From Candidatus Fraserbacteria bacterium (GTDB lineage Bacteria > Bipolaricaulota > Bipolaricaulia > RBG-16-55-9 > DRXL01), in contig CAMTVK010000017.1 in NCBI GenBank assembly GCA_947085185.1, forward strand, positions 68,951 to 132,950: DNA of 64,000 bases, in the 5' to 3' direction. The notes below the pieces were generated by a model, which was not told the DNA's origin, did not search any database, and was given only the letters and a program-made list of their open reading frames with translations. Of the stretch, positions 32,717 through 42,984 are shown piece after piece (within the stretch, counting starts at the first letter, position 1; the number at the start of each line of letters is the position of its first letter). Made by a program: the position numbers and the translations under genes.

Positions 32717-32727
32717 AATGACCTCCC

Positions 32728-35076
32728 TTATAGGGTGAGTGTTGTGTTCTGTGCACGGTGCTTGAGAAATTTGGGTTTCCGGAGCAATAAGATCGCGGGG
32801 ATGACCGTGAAGGCACTTGTAGCGCTCACGATCATCGTCAGGGCGACCAACGATCCGAATGTGTTCAGCCCCTTGAACGTCGAGAGCCAGAGCACGCCAA
32901 ACCCCAACGTCATCGCGAGCGCATTGTAAACGATCCCCGCGCCCGTGTGGGTGAGCGTATGCTCTAAGGCGCGCCGCGCGTTGCCATCGCGTGTGAACTC
33001 CCGACGGTAGCGCTCGACAAAGTGAATCGCATAATCTATCCCAATCCCGATGGCGATCGAGCCGATCATCATCGTGCTCATATCGAGAGGCAGGCCAAGA
33101 TAAGCCATCAGGCCGAACTCCGTCAAGATAGTCAACACCAAGGGCACAATGCAGAGCACCCCTGCAACCAATGAGCCCATCAAGAGCGAGACAATCACCC
33201 AGCTTGAACCGACGCTTGTGAACAGGCTCCAGATCTGGCTGGTGCCAATCTGTTGCATCAGGCGCGCATAGATGGCCATCGTTCCCACTTGTTCTGTTTT
33301 GATCTGCAGCGGCGAGCCGTCGCTGGCCAAGGCAGCCGAAGCCGTTGCCGTCGGGGCAAAGTGCTCATCGAGATATTGTTGAATCTGTGCGACGAGCTTG
33401 GCCATCTGCGTGCTGCTGACCCATTCCATAGAGATGAGCACCTCTCCGGCAGAGAAGTCCGTCAGGGCCATCTGACCCAAGCTGCCCCCTTGGAACGTAA
33501 AGAGCAACAGCAACTGTGAGATGAGCTTGCGGTCATCAGGGATGATATAGTAATTGGGGTCGTCAGCGTGAAATTTTTGGTTGAGCTCGCGTACCAAATC
33601 TGTGATCGCTGTGGTGCGGCGGACGCCCGGCAGCGATTCTAGAAATTCTTGCAGAGCTAAGATCTTCCTTAAGACTTCTGGCTCTTTCAGGCCGTCGCGC
33701 ACCCCAAGGTCTATCTCGATGGCCGTCTGAAGGCTCCCGCTGAAACGACGCTCCAGAACGTCGAGAGCTTCGATGACGGGGTGGCCCTTGCCCAAGAAAT
33801 CTTTTGCGGATGTCTCGATTCTCAGTCGAGGAATACCTGCAGCCCAGGCGACGGCTACGAGCCCTGCCCCAATCAGAATGACGATTGCTGTGCGTTCAAT
33901 GAAGTGCGCTAAGCCTGCTAGCCCCGCGCGCCCTTGCAACCACCGTGACAGAATGCTCCGACGCTCGCGCTTGGGTAGGGGCAACAGTGCCAAGATCGCC
34001 GGGATGAGCGTCAGGGCCAAGAGCGCCGCGTAGATCACGCCAATCCCCGTGTAGACGCCAAAATCTCTCTGGGGCCACAGCGTCGAGCTCAAGAGCGCAA
34101 AGAAGCCCGCCACCGTCGTGAGCGCGGCCATCGCCGTGGGCGAGAGCATCGCCGTGACCGTCTCGGTGAGGATCTCTGCACGAGAGCGCCCGTCTTTATG
34201 GGCTTCTTCGTAGTATTTATTCAGAATGTGAATCCCATACGCCGTGCCCACGGCCATCAGCACAATGGGTGCGATGAACGAGAAGGGCGTAAACGGCGCG
34301 CCAAGCCATCCCATCGTGCCTATCTCCCAGATGGCGCTCAGCACGACCGTCAGCAACGGAAGAACTACTCCGCGCAGGCTGTTAAAACTCACATAGAGCA
34401 CAATCACGATGACGCCGATCATCACGGGGAAGAACACCGTTAAGTCTTTGCGCATGCTGTCGGCAATGAACTGATTGAGCCTGGGCATGCCCCCAACGTA
34501 GATGCGCTCTGGGCCCTGATAGCGCTCGGCGATCTCGAGCACCCTGGTGGCGACGCTGACAGTATCTGCCTCGCCGGGCTTGAGCCGAATGAGAATGCCC
34601 GCGGCCTTGCCGTCTTCAGACACGACAACGCCGCGCAGGAGCCGGTCTCCCAAGACGCGCTCTCTGTACGCTTCGAGCTCTTCTGGAGTCTGGGGAATCT
34701 CGGGCAAGGCCGTCGCCACGGTGATCGCCGTCTCAGTCCCGTAGATGACTTGCGAATTGGTCGGCCCGCGGACTTCGTCGACTTCGGGGATCTGCTCAAA
34801 GAGCTCTTCCATCTCTTTGAGCTTTCGGAGCGTTTCGGGTTTGAAGATCGTGTCGTCGGTCTCCAGAGCAACCATGAAGAGCTCCTGGTTGCCGTAGCGC
34901 TCCTCAGCGCGATGGAGAGCGATGACAGTTGGGTCATCTTGGGGTAAGAACGCCTCAAAATCTTGCTCGAAGCGAATCTTAGGGATAGCGCTGGCAAAGA
35001 GCGCCGTGAGTATCAGAATAGCGCCGATCACCCACCAGGGGTGTTCGATAATTTTTTGTGCAAAGATCTTGCTCAT
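32728..35076 (-). CDS. MMPL/RND-family transporter
   Basis: Two repeats of periplasmic loop plus TM bundle; GIGIDYAIH. Confidence 0.9.
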   Translation of the reverse strand: MSKIFAQKIIEHPWWVIGAILILTALFASAIPKIRFEQDFEAFLPQDDPTVIALHRAEERYGNQELFMVALETDDTIFKPETLRKLKEMEELFEQIPEVDEVRGPTNSQVIYGTETAITVATALPEIPQTPEELEAYRERVLGDRLLRGVVVSEDGKAAGILIRLKPGEADTVSVATRVLEIAERYQGPERIYVGGMPRLNQFIADSMRKDLTVFFPVMIGVIVIVLYVSFNSLRGVVLPLLTVVLSAIWEIGTMGWLGAPFTPFSFIAPIVLMAVGTAYGIHILNKYYEEAHKDGRSRAEILTETVTAMLSPTAMAALTTVAGFFALLSSTLWPQRDFGVYTGIGVIYAALLALTLIPAILALLPLPKRERRSILSRWLQGRAGLAGLAHFIERTAIVILIGAGLVAVAWAAGIPRLRIETSAKDFLGKGHPVIEALDVLERRFSGSLQTAIEIDLGVRDGLKEPEVLRKILALQEFLESLPGVRRTTAITDLVRELNQKFHADDPNYYIIPDDRKLISQLLLLFTFQGGSLGQMALTDFSAGEVLISMEWVSSTQMAKLVAQIQQYLDEHFAPTATASAALASDGSPLQIKTEQVGTMAIYARLMQQIGTSQIWSLFTSVGSSWVIVSLLMGSLVAGVLCIVPLVLTILTEFGLMAYLGLPLDMSTMMIGSIAIGIGIDYAIHFVERYRREFTRDGNARRALEHTLTHTGAGIVYNALAMTLGFGVLWLSTFKGLNTFGSLVALTMIVSATSAFTVIPAILLLRKPKFLKHRAQNTTLTL

Positions 35077-35552
35077 TTCAGCCACCCGTGGCGCTCAAAA
35101 ACGCTCGAAAATATCCCCAGGGCGCCGTCGTCCATCACCGTCAAAGCTTTGAATAGGCCCGCGGAGCCCTGCTCGACGCGCTGGCGAATGAACTCCATCG
35201 CTGCGAGCAGCTCCGGGCGCGTCTGCGGGCCAATGGGCTTGGTGATCATCCAGATTTGGGGCACCGAGCCGTCTTCAATGCCCCGGGGGACGATCACGAT
35301 CAGTTCGTATTTTTTAGCTGTAGAGTTGATCCCCAAGGGGTCATCGTAACTCGATTGGACGCTCACGACCTTGGCGTCAAAGTTAAAGAGCCCGCTCTCT
35401 TGCAACGCGCGCGCGTAGACCTGCACCATCAAGGACGCTTGGAGCGTCTGGGTCTCGTCTACCAAGAGCAAGTCCACGCGCTCGGTGGGCTGGGCTGCAA
35501 GACTAGCAAGCACGCTCATGATCAGCGCTGCTCTCATATTCACCACCTGCAC
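35073..35552 (-). CDS. Hypothetical exported protein
   Basis: SD AGGAGG, signal-like N-terminus, operon position. Confidence 0.65.
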   Translation of the reverse strand: MQVVNMRAALIMSVLASLAAQPTERVDLLLVDETQTLQASLMVQVYARALQESGLFNFDAKVVSVQSSYDDPLGINSTAKKYELIVIVPRGIEDGSVPQIWMITKPIGPQTRPELLAAMEFIRQRVEQGSAGLFKALTVMDDGALGIFSSVFERHGWLK

Positions 35553-35556
35553 TTTG

Positions 35557-36201
35557 TCACCCTCCTGCGTGAGCTCTTGTTCTGGTTCTTACGGGAGTGA
35601 TCCCCCAGAGCACAAAGTCCACCCATTGGTCGGCAAGCCACTCCAGATCGGGGCGCTCCGATTGCAAGATATAGTTACAGACCACCGCGTGGAAGATGCC
35701 TTCCATAAAGAGTGCCCAGGCGTGCGGGTCGAGCCTCTCTCTCAGTAGGCCTTCTTGTTGGAGCTTGCGCACCCGTTCGGCGAGAAAATTTTTCATCGTT
35801 TCGCTCAGGCGGTTCCAGCGGTCTTCAAACTGCGGATCTATGGACGTTGCCTCACGGTAGATCACTTTGGCTAGATCGCGATGCTGCGCGAAGAAGCGCA
35901 ACCATGTCAACACATGTTCTCTGAAGCGCGCGCGATCGAGCCGCGCCGGCCAGTCCTCAGACATCAGCCGGCTCACCAGCCCCGACACAAGCTCAAAATA
36001 GTGATCGATGACCGCAAGAAAGATCTCTTTCTTCCCAGCAAAATAGAGATAAAACGTGCCGCGCGCCACCTCGGCCTCGCGAATGATGTCATCAATGGAC
36101 GTCTCATGGTAGCCCTTATGGGCAAAGACGCCGATCGCTGCGTCCAGTAATTGTTGCCTTCGAGTCTCTTTGTCTAAGAGCGTTCGGGCCATCTTGTTCA
36201 C
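35557..36201 (-). CDS. TetR/AcrR family regulator
   Basis: LLDAAIGVFAHKGYHETSIDDI..AEVARGTFYLYF.GKKEI. Confidence 0.93.
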   Translation of the reverse strand: MNKMARTLLDKETRRQQLLDAAIGVFAHKGYHETSIDDIIREAEVARGTFYLYFAGKKEIFLAVIDHYFELVSGLVSRLMSEDWPARLDRARFREHVLTWLRFFAQHRDLAKVIYREATSIDPQFEDRWNRLSETMKNFLAERVRKLQQEGLLRERLDPHAWALFMEGIFHAVVCNYILQSERPDLEWLADQWVDFVLWGITPVRTRTRAHAGG

Positions 36202-36256
36202 TAGACTGACATGTCAGTCTAGTGACGAGTATAACTCACTGTGGGGTTTTTGTCAA
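36198..36256 (-). promoter_or_regulatory. Consensus promoter plus 28-bp perfect palindrome (TetR operator candidate)
   Basis: TTGACA(36256)-17-TATACT(36233-28); TCACTAGACTGACATGTCAGTCTAGTGA at 36198-36225. Confidence 0.85.
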
Positions 36257-37062
36257 GAGAGCAGCTTCTGGATCTCGGGGAGCTTGGCACGCGCAGCGGC
36301 TTCCCCCAGGGCAATGCGCTCCTCCGCCCGATGATAGCTGAGATTTCCTACGAGAGAGCCATCGGGCATATCGGGCATGATCAACAGATCGGGCGGGGCA
36401 AGCGCCAGCGTCAGCTCCGTCAGCCGCCAGACGAAGATCGAGATAGCCAGATCTAACGCTTCAAAGAGTCCAGGGGCGCCCTTGGGGGGATGCACGGCGC
36501 GGTAGCGTTTCGACCCTAAGTTGACGTCTACAGCGATGACGGCTTCAGCGCCAAGCTGGCGCGCTACGTCTACGGGGAGCGGGCTGACAAGCCCTCCGTC
36601 GGCAAGATGTTTCCCGTCGCGCTCCACCGGCACAAAGAGCCCCGGAATCGAGAAGCTGGCGCGGATCGCTTCGATGAGCGAGCCCTCCCTCAAGAGCACG
36701 CGCTCGCCTCGATCTAAATCTGTGGCGACCGCGACAAACGAGATAGGCAGCTCTTCGATCCGGAGATCTCCTCCAAGAAGCTCTTTGAGAAAGCGCTCGA
36801 TAGCTGCGCCGCTCGACCAGCCGTGAATGGGCAGCGTGGGTTGGAGGCTGCGAGCGATGCGCCAAAAGTCTATCTTGAGCCATTCTTGCTCGATGTGCGC
36901 GACGCTGACCCCAGCGGCATAGATCCCGCCAATCATCGCGCCGATGGAGCTGCCCACGACGAGCGAGATCGGGACTCTCTGTGCTTCGAGCACCTTGAGG
37001 GCGCCGACGTGGGCAGCACCTCGTGGGCCACCGCTGCTGAGCACCAGCGCGATCTTCTTCAT
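36253..37062 (-). CDS. Patatin-like phospholipase
   Basis: SSGGPRGAAHVG, GSSIG, DGG; upstream TTGACA-18-TATAAT. Confidence 0.93.
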   Translation of the reverse strand: MKKIALVLSSGGPRGAAHVGALKVLEAQRVPISLVVGSSIGAMIGGIYAAGVSVAHIEQEWLKIDFWRIARSLQPTLPIHGWSSGAAIERFLKELLGGDLRIEELPISFVAVATDLDRGERVLLREGSLIEAIRASFSIPGLFVPVERDGKHLADGGLVSPLPVDVARQLGAEAVIAVDVNLGSKRYRAVHPPKGAPGLFEALDLAISIFVWRLTELTLALAPPDLLIMPDMPDGSLVGNLSYHRAEERIALGEAAARAKLPEIQKLLS

Positions 37063-37168
37063 AAGAAGCCCAAGTGTATTATAGAAATCTTACGATGGGC
37101 TTGTCAATTTGACTTCTTGTGCGCTCTGCGATACTGTGAAAGATCACGAACACTCAGGGTGAGAGACT

Positions 37169-38206
37169 ATGGAACTGCTCAGGAAGCTCTGTGAGGCCCA
37201 CGGGGTACCGGGGCGCGAAGAGGCTGTCCGTAAGCTAGTCATCGGGGAGCTTGAGGGTGTCTGCGACGAGATTCGCACCGACGCCCTTGGGAACGTCATC
37301 GCGCTGAAGAAGGGCAGCGGGCGCGGCCCCAAGGTGATGCTCGCCGCGCACATGGACGAGATCGGCTTTTTGGTCTCCCATATTGACGAGAAGACTGGGT
37401 TCTTGCGGATTGACCCCGTCGGTGGGTTCGACGCGAGAGTCTTGATGGCCCAGCGCGTTCTTGTACACACCGAGAGCGGAGATCTGATCGGGATTATCGG
37501 CTCCAAGCCCCCGCATATTCTCACCGAAGAAGAACGCAAGAAGCCCCTGGAGCTCAAAGATCTCTTTATCGATCTTGGGTTGCCGGCGGAGGAAGTGAAG
37601 AAGCGTGTCAACGTCGGGGATTTCGTCACACTTCAGCAAGATTTTACAGAAGTTGGGAATCTCGTCTCGTGCAAGGCCCTCGATGACCGTGTCGGCGTCT
37701 ATGTTATGATAGAAGCTCTGAAGAAAGCGAAGAAGCACGTCTGTGATGTCTACGCGGTCGCGACGACGCAGGAAGAAGTCGGTGTGCGCGGGGCGCGGGT
37801 CTCGAGTTTTAACGTTGCGCCAGATATCGGCGTTGCGCTCGACGTCACGGTCGCCAGCGACGTCCCCGGCGTGGGCGAGCACGAACACGTGACGAAGCTC
37901 GGCGCCGGCGTCGCTATAAAGATCAAAGACTCGCTCTCGATCTCTCATCCCAAGCTCGTGCGCACGATGCGCCAGATCGCCGAGCAGAGAGAGATCAAAT
38001 ATCAGATGGAGATCTTGCCCCGTGGCGGCACGGATGCCGGCGCGATTCAGATGACGCGCGAGGGCGTTGCTGCTATCACGCTCTCCATTCCGACCCGTTA
38101 TTTGCACTCGGTCGTCGAAGCTGTCCATAAAGACGACATCCAGGCAGCCATTGATCTGGTGGCAGCGTTCTTGGAGGTCGCCCACGAAGGGGACTACACT
38201 CTCTAG
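37169..38206 (+). CDS. M42 family metallo-aminopeptidase
   Basis: AAHMDEIG, KALDDR, QEEVG.RGA, GGTDAG, RYLHS. Confidence 0.93.
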   Translation: MELLRKLCEAHGVPGREEAVRKLVIGELEGVCDEIRTDALGNVIALKKGSGRGPKVMLAAHMDEIGFLVSHIDEKTGFLRIDPVGGFDARVLMAQRVLVHTESGDLIGIIGSKPPHILTEEERKKPLELKDLFIDLGLPAEEVKKRVNVGDFVTLQQDFTEVGNLVSCKALDDRVGVYVMIEALKKAKKHVCDVYAVATTQEEVGVRGARVSSFNVAPDIGVALDVTVASDVPGVGEHEHVTKLGAGVAIKIKDSLSISHPKLVRTMRQIAEQREIKYQMEILPRGGTDAGAIQMTREGVAAITLSIPTRYLHSVVEAVHKDDIQAAIDLVAAFLEVAHEGDYTL

Positions 38207-38215
38207 GGAGGAGCG

Positions 38216-38893
38216 ATGAAGCACGTTTTTATTACAGTGTGCGTGTTTTTGGGGATCAGCGTAGGGGGGCTTGCTCAGGATGAGAATCTCTCGATCGGCC
38301 GCGGCATCGGGATTGGGGCGCGCTTTCTGCCCAGCGCGCTCATGCCCATCGGGCCAAGCGATGTGGACCCTGCGTTGGGCTCAGCGCTCACCGGGCAGTA
38401 TTGGATGAGCGATCTGTTGGCAATAGAGATTGGTGGCTGGGCGTCGGGCTTCAGCGACGCTTGGAACCCACGCAGTTACACGAGTCTCTCTGGGGGACTG
38501 CTGCTCAAGCTCTCCGATAACGCTCACGACGATCTCTATTTGGCGGCACGGGCGATCAGTGTCCAAAGCGTGTATAGAAATTATTACTGTTGTGTGTATC
38601 CCGTAGAAACCCAACAAGATAAAATGCCGCCTCCCTGGCCCAGCTACGAGAGCCGCACGTCTACTCTAGCGTTTGAAGTGACTGCCGGGATCGAGCGGAG
38701 CTGGTCTGCCCAGATCACGACGAATCTCGAATTTGGCTTCATCTATGCCCAGACGATGACGACCAATCTTCCGCCGCCGGGAGAAGTTCCTCCTGAAGAG
38801 CCAGTCCCCATGCCTAAACCCGAAACTATCGCAGCGACGAGCTTTGGCATCACTCTTCACATCAGCGTGAATTTTTATCTGCCGCGCAAGTAA
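38216..38893 (+). CDS. Hypothetical exported protein, possible small beta-barrel
   Basis: Signal peptide, alternating amphipathic strands, Pro-rich loops, C-terminal VNFYL. Confidence 0.6.
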   Translation: MKHVFITVCVFLGISVGGLAQDENLSIGRGIGIGARFLPSALMPIGPSDVDPALGSALTGQYWMSDLLAIEIGGWASGFSDAWNPRSYTSLSGGLLLKLSDNAHDDLYLAARAISVQSVYRNYYCCVYPVETQQDKMPPPWPSYESRTSTLAFEVTAGIERSWSAQITTNLEFGFIYAQTMTTNLPPPGEVPPEEPVPMPKPETIAATSFGITLHISVNFYLPRK

Positions 38894-38948
38894 CTTGACA
38901 GCCTTGGGGCTCTCTGCTAGTGTAACAATCATAGAGGAGGGAAGTCCT

Positions 38949-39977
38949 GTGAGGATCGTCTTGGACACGCTGGGCGGTGACCGTCCTCCGGCGGAGTTGA
39001 TCGCCGGTGGGGTCGCCGCGATCAAAGAATACGATGTCGAAGTGATCTTTGCTGGGGATCAGGCACTCATCGAGCGCGAGCTGAGTGCGCATAAGAATTT
39101 ACGATATGCTATCTTGCATGCCCCAGAAGAGATCACTATGAACGAATCCCCTATCGAGGCGATTCGCAAGAAGAAGAACAGCTCTTTAGTACAGGGGGTT
39201 CGCGCGGTGCGCCATGGGGAGGCCGACGCGTTTGTCAGCCCGGCCAATACTGGCGCGGTCATGGCCGCGGCGCTCTTCAATCTGGGCAGACTCCCAGAGA
39301 TAGACCGTCCTGGGATTGGCGTGCTCGTGCCCACCTTAGAGGGGCGCCGCACCCTGATCATTGATGCTGGGGCCAATGCCGAGTGCGATCCGGAGCACTT
39401 ATTAGAATTTGGGATCATGGGCACGATCTACATGCGCGAAGTGCTTGGCGTGCCAAACCCCCGCGTGGGGCTGCTCAACATTGGCGAAGAGCCCCAAAAG
39501 GGCGATGCCCAAGCGCAAAAAGCGTTTGCGTATCTTCAGCAAGAGCTCCTAAACTTCGCGGGCAACGTCGAGCCCAATAGATTGGTTGAGGGCGGCTTCG
39601 ACGTGGTGGTCACCGACGGGTTCACCGGGAATATCTGTATCAAAGCGTATGAGGGCGCAGCGACCGTCACCGTGAGATATCTCAAGCGTGAGATCGAGAA
39701 GAGCTTCTTAGCGAAATTGGGCGTGCCGTTCCTGTGGCCATCGCTGAACAGATTGAAACGCCAGATCAGTGCGGTGCAGTATGGCGGGGCGCCGCTGCTT
39801 GGGGTGCACGGCGTCGTGATCATCGCGCACGGGAACTCCAACGCCGAAGCGATTAAGAACGCGATTCGTGTGGCCAAAGAAGCCGTCGAACACGAGATTC
39901 TGGAGAAGATCGAGCGTGGTGTGCACGAGAGTTTGGTGCACTTAGGGTTAGTCAGAGCTTTAGGGAAGAGCGCATGA
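38949..39977 (+). CDS. plsX: Phosphate acyltransferase PlsX
   Basis: IVLDTLGGD, NTGA, DAGAN, LLNIGEE, YGGAPLLG, HGNS; GTG start after GAGGAGG. Confidence 0.95.
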   Translation: MRIVLDTLGGDRPPAELIAGGVAAIKEYDVEVIFAGDQALIERELSAHKNLRYAILHAPEEITMNESPIEAIRKKKNSSLVQGVRAVRHGEADAFVSPANTGAVMAAALFNLGRLPEIDRPGIGVLVPTLEGRRTLIIDAGANAECDPEHLLEFGIMGTIYMREVLGVPNPRVGLLNIGEEPQKGDAQAQKAFAYLQQELLNFAGNVEPNRLVEGGFDVVVTDGFTGNICIKAYEGAATVTVRYLKREIEKSFLAKLGVPFLWPSLNRLKRQISAVQYGGAPLLGVHGVVIIAHGNSNAEAIKNAIRVAKEAVEHEILEKIERGVHESLVHLGLVRALGKSA

Positions 39978-40960
39978 GGGCGCGCCCGGGCATCGCGGGG
40001 ATCGGCTGTGCCGTGCCGGAGCAACGGCTCACGAATTTCGACCTAGAGAAGATCGTTGACACTTCGGACGAATGGATCGTGACGCGCACAGGAATCCGAG
40101 AGCGGCGCATCTTGCGCGCCCACGAAGACCCCGCTGAGCTGGGCATCGCTGCGGCGAAAGCTGCTATAGCAAACGCTGGTTTGCAACCGTCGGATATAGA
40201 CTTTCTCATCACGGCGACGAACGTCTCCGAGATGCTCGTCCCCGGCTCGTCGCCTTTTATTTGTGAAGGGCTGAAGATCGGGCGTGAGATCCCGTTCTTC
40301 GATCTTATCGCCGGGTGTACGGGGTTTGTCTACGCCCTCAAAGTTGCGGCCGATCTTGTCAGTTCGGGGAGCTACGAGAACGTCTTGGTCGTGGGGATGG
40401 AGGCGCTGTCGCGCTTTACGGACTGGCAGGATCGTTCGACGTGTGTCTTGTTTGGGGATGGCGCCGGCGCTGCTGTCGTGCGCAAGATGCCTGCAGGGCG
40501 CGGGATTTTAGCGAGCTGTCTGGCTGCCGATAGCTCCAAATGGAATCTGCTCTACATCGAAGCTGGGGGGATCAAGACCCCAGCGAGCGCGGAGACCGTC
40601 CAGAAGCGTCAGCACTTTCTGCGTATGGAGGGCGGCGAGGTCTTCAAGAGCGCCGTCCAGATGATGGAGGAGACCACAGCCAAAGCGCTCGCTCAAGCGG
40701 GGCTCACCAAAGACGACGTGGATTGGGTCGTGCCCCATCAGGCCAATTTGCGAATTATTACGTCGTTTGCCAAGCGCTTTGGCATCTCTATAGAGAAAGT
40801 CATCGTGACTATTGATCGCTATGCGAACACCTCGACGGCTTCGATCCCGATTGCGCTCACCGAAGCCGTGTCGGATGGGCGGATCCAGCCCGGGGATATT
40901 GTAGTGCTGAACGCGTTTGGCGCGGGCGTGACCTACGGGGCGATCGTGCTGCGATGGTGA
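39974..40960 (+). CDS. fabH: 3-oxoacyl-ACP synthase III
   Basis: DTSDEWI..RTGI.ERR, AGCTG, PHQAN, NTS. Confidence 0.96.
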   Translation: MRARPGIAGIGCAVPEQRLTNFDLEKIVDTSDEWIVTRTGIRERRILRAHEDPAELGIAAAKAAIANAGLQPSDIDFLITATNVSEMLVPGSSPFICEGLKIGREIPFFDLIAGCTGFVYALKVAADLVSSGSYENVLVVGMEALSRFTDWQDRSTCVLFGDGAGAAVVRKMPAGRGILASCLAADSSKWNLLYIEAGGIKTPASAETVQKRQHFLRMEGGEVFKSAVQMMEETTAKALAQAGLTKDDVDWVVPHQANLRIITSFAKRFGISIEKVIVTIDRYANTSTASIPIALTEAVSDGRIQPGDIVVLNAFGAGVTYGAIVLRW

Positions 40961-41838
40961 AGAGAGCCTTTGTCTTTCCCGGCCAAGGGTCTCAGTATGT
41001 GGGCATGGGGCGAGAGCTGTGTGAGCGCTATCGTGCTCGGGTTGAGCCGTTGTATCAACGTGCTCATGAGGCCCTCGGCTTTGATCTGCAGGAGCTGATA
41101 TTTTCTGGCCCTGAGGAGCGCTTGCGCTTGACGGAGTTTGCCCAGCCGGCGATTCTGTTAGATAGCGTCATAAAGTTTGAGCTTTTGGGTCAGACGCCCG
41201 ATTATGCGGCGGGGCACAGTTTGGGGGAGTATTCGGCGCTGGTATGTGCCGGGGTGCTGCGCTTAGAAGACGGGGTGCGGCTGGTGCATCTTCGCGGGAA
41301 GTTTATGCAAGAAGCCATGCCCGTGGGCGAGGGCGGGATGGTGGCGCTCGTGAAAGTACCCTATGAAAAAGTTCGGGAGATCTGCGATCAGACCGGCGCG
41401 GAGATCGCTAACTATAACTCTCCAGAGCAGATCGTGATCTCTGGACGAATGGAGGCGGTGCGCAAGGCCAAAGAGCTTGCTGAGGCTGCAGGGGGCAAGG
41501 GAATCGAGCTTGCTGTGTCGGCGCCGTTTCACAGTTCCTTGATGAAGCCCGCCGAAGAGCGCCTCAAGCCGGAGATCGAGAGAGTCCAATTCTCAGCGCC
41601 CAAGTTCCCTGTGATCTCGACCGTCAGTGGCGAGCCGGAGACCGATCATCACAGAATAAAAGAATTTCTGACAAGACAGATCACAGCTCAAGTGCGCTGG
41701 ACTGAGTATGTGCTCAAGCTGAAATCTCTGGGTGTGACACAAGTGATCGAAGTTGGGCCAGGCGATGTGCTGACAAAGCTTATGAAGAGAATAGATCGTG
41801 AGCTTGAGGCGCTGAGCTTCGCGCAGGTGATGCTATGA
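40954..41838 (+). CDS. fabD: Malonyl-CoA:ACP transacylase
   Basis: FPGQGSQ, GHSLGEY, SAPFHS. Confidence 0.96.
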   Translation: MVKRAFVFPGQGSQYVGMGRELCERYRARVEPLYQRAHEALGFDLQELIFSGPEERLRLTEFAQPAILLDSVIKFELLGQTPDYAAGHSLGEYSALVCAGVLRLEDGVRLVHLRGKFMQEAMPVGEGGMVALVKVPYEKVREICDQTGAEIANYNSPEQIVISGRMEAVRKAKELAEAAGGKGIELAVSAPFHSSLMKPAEERLKPEIERVQFSAPKFPVISTVSGEPETDHHRIKEFLTRQITAQVRWTEYVLKLKSLGVTQVIEVGPGDVLTKLMKRIDRELEALSFAQVML

Positions 41839-42581
41839 ACGAGCCCCAAGATTTTGTCGGCACAGTCGGGATCGTCACCGGGGGGACGCGCGGCATCGGC
41901 AAAGCTATTACGCAGATGCTTGTCGCCCGCGGTGCGAAAGTCTATGTCTTCGCGCGCGACCCCCAGCAGGGCACCGCCCTCGTCCAAGAGCTCGGCGAAC
42001 GGTGTGTCTTCACACAAGCCGATATCACCGATGGCGCGAAGATTGATGCACTGATCGCAAAGATCTTCAAGGACGAAGGGCGCATAGATTTCTTGGTCAA
42101 TAACGCCGGCATCACCAGAGATAATCTCTTATTGAGGATGAAGGACGACGAATGGGACGCGGTCTTGACAACGGACTTAAAGGGCGCGTATTATTGCACG
42201 AAGTCTGTCGCACGGTGGATGCTCAAGCAGCGCTCCGGAGCGATCGTGAACGTTACGTCTGTAGTCGGCCAGATCGGCAACGCCGGACAAGCGAACTATT
42301 CGGCGGCCAAGGCCGGGCTCATCGGGTTTACTAAGAGCGTGGCGCGCGAGCTGGCCTCGCGCGGGATTCGGGTGAATGCCGTGGCTCCGGGGTTCATCGA
42401 GACGGCGATGACCCAGCAGCTCCCTGAAGAGCTGCGCAAGAAATATCTGGACTCGATCCCGCTGGGGCGGTTTGGCCGCCCGGAGGAAGTCGCGGAGGTC
42501 GTGTGCTTCTTGCTTTCGGACCGCGCATCGTATATAACAGGACATGTCGTCAACACTGACGGCGGCCTAGTCATGGGCTAA
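41835..42581 (+). CDS. fabG: 3-oxoacyl-ACP reductase
   Basis: TGGTRGIG, NNAGITRD, NYSAAK. Confidence 0.96.
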   Translation: MNEPQDFVGTVGIVTGGTRGIGKAITQMLVARGAKVYVFARDPQQGTALVQELGERCVFTQADITDGAKIDALIAKIFKDEGRIDFLVNNAGITRDNLLLRMKDDEWDAVLTTDLKGAYYCTKSVARWMLKQRSGAIVNVTSVVGQIGNAGQANYSAAKAGLIGFTKSVARELASRGIRVNAVAPGFIETAMTQQLPEELRKKYLDSIPLGRFGRPEEVAEVVCFLLSDRASYITGHVVNTDGGLVMG

Positions 42582-42650
42582 TCAGACTTGACAAACAGAA
42601 GTTTTTACGTCAGAGTAATGATCAAGCCAAGATGAAGGAGGATGAACACT

Positions 42651-42908
42651 ATGGCAGACATCGCTGAGCAAGTGAGACAGATCATTGCGGAGCAGCTCAT
42701 GGTGGAGCTTGACGAGGTGACCGACGACGCGTCGTTCATTGAAGACTTAGGGGCGGACTCGTTGGACACAGTCGAGATGATCATGGAGATCGAGGACGAG
42801 TTTGGCATCGAGATTCCTGACGAGGACGCCGAGAAGATCCAGACCGTCGGGAAGGCCATCGAGTACGTGAAGAAGAAGGTCGAGGCACAACAAGCCAAAG
42901 CAGCGTAG
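42651..42908 (+). CDS. acpP: Acyl carrier protein
   Basis: [14 protein letters not shown] 9 nt after AGGAGG. Confidence 0.97.
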   Translation: MADIAEQVRQIIAEQLMVELDEVTDDASFIEDLGADSLDTVEMIMEIEDEFGIEIPDEDAEKIQTVGKAIEYVKKKVEAQQAKAA

Positions 42909-42984
42909 GCCTCTCCAAGCAGACAAGCTCAGAGCGCTCCGCCCCATCGCCGGCTGAGTGTTGGTCTTGCGCTGCGGGGCACTT

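Noticed and set aside
37235..38224. 329-aa minus-strand ORF
   Set aside because: Antisense shadow of the M42 peptidase
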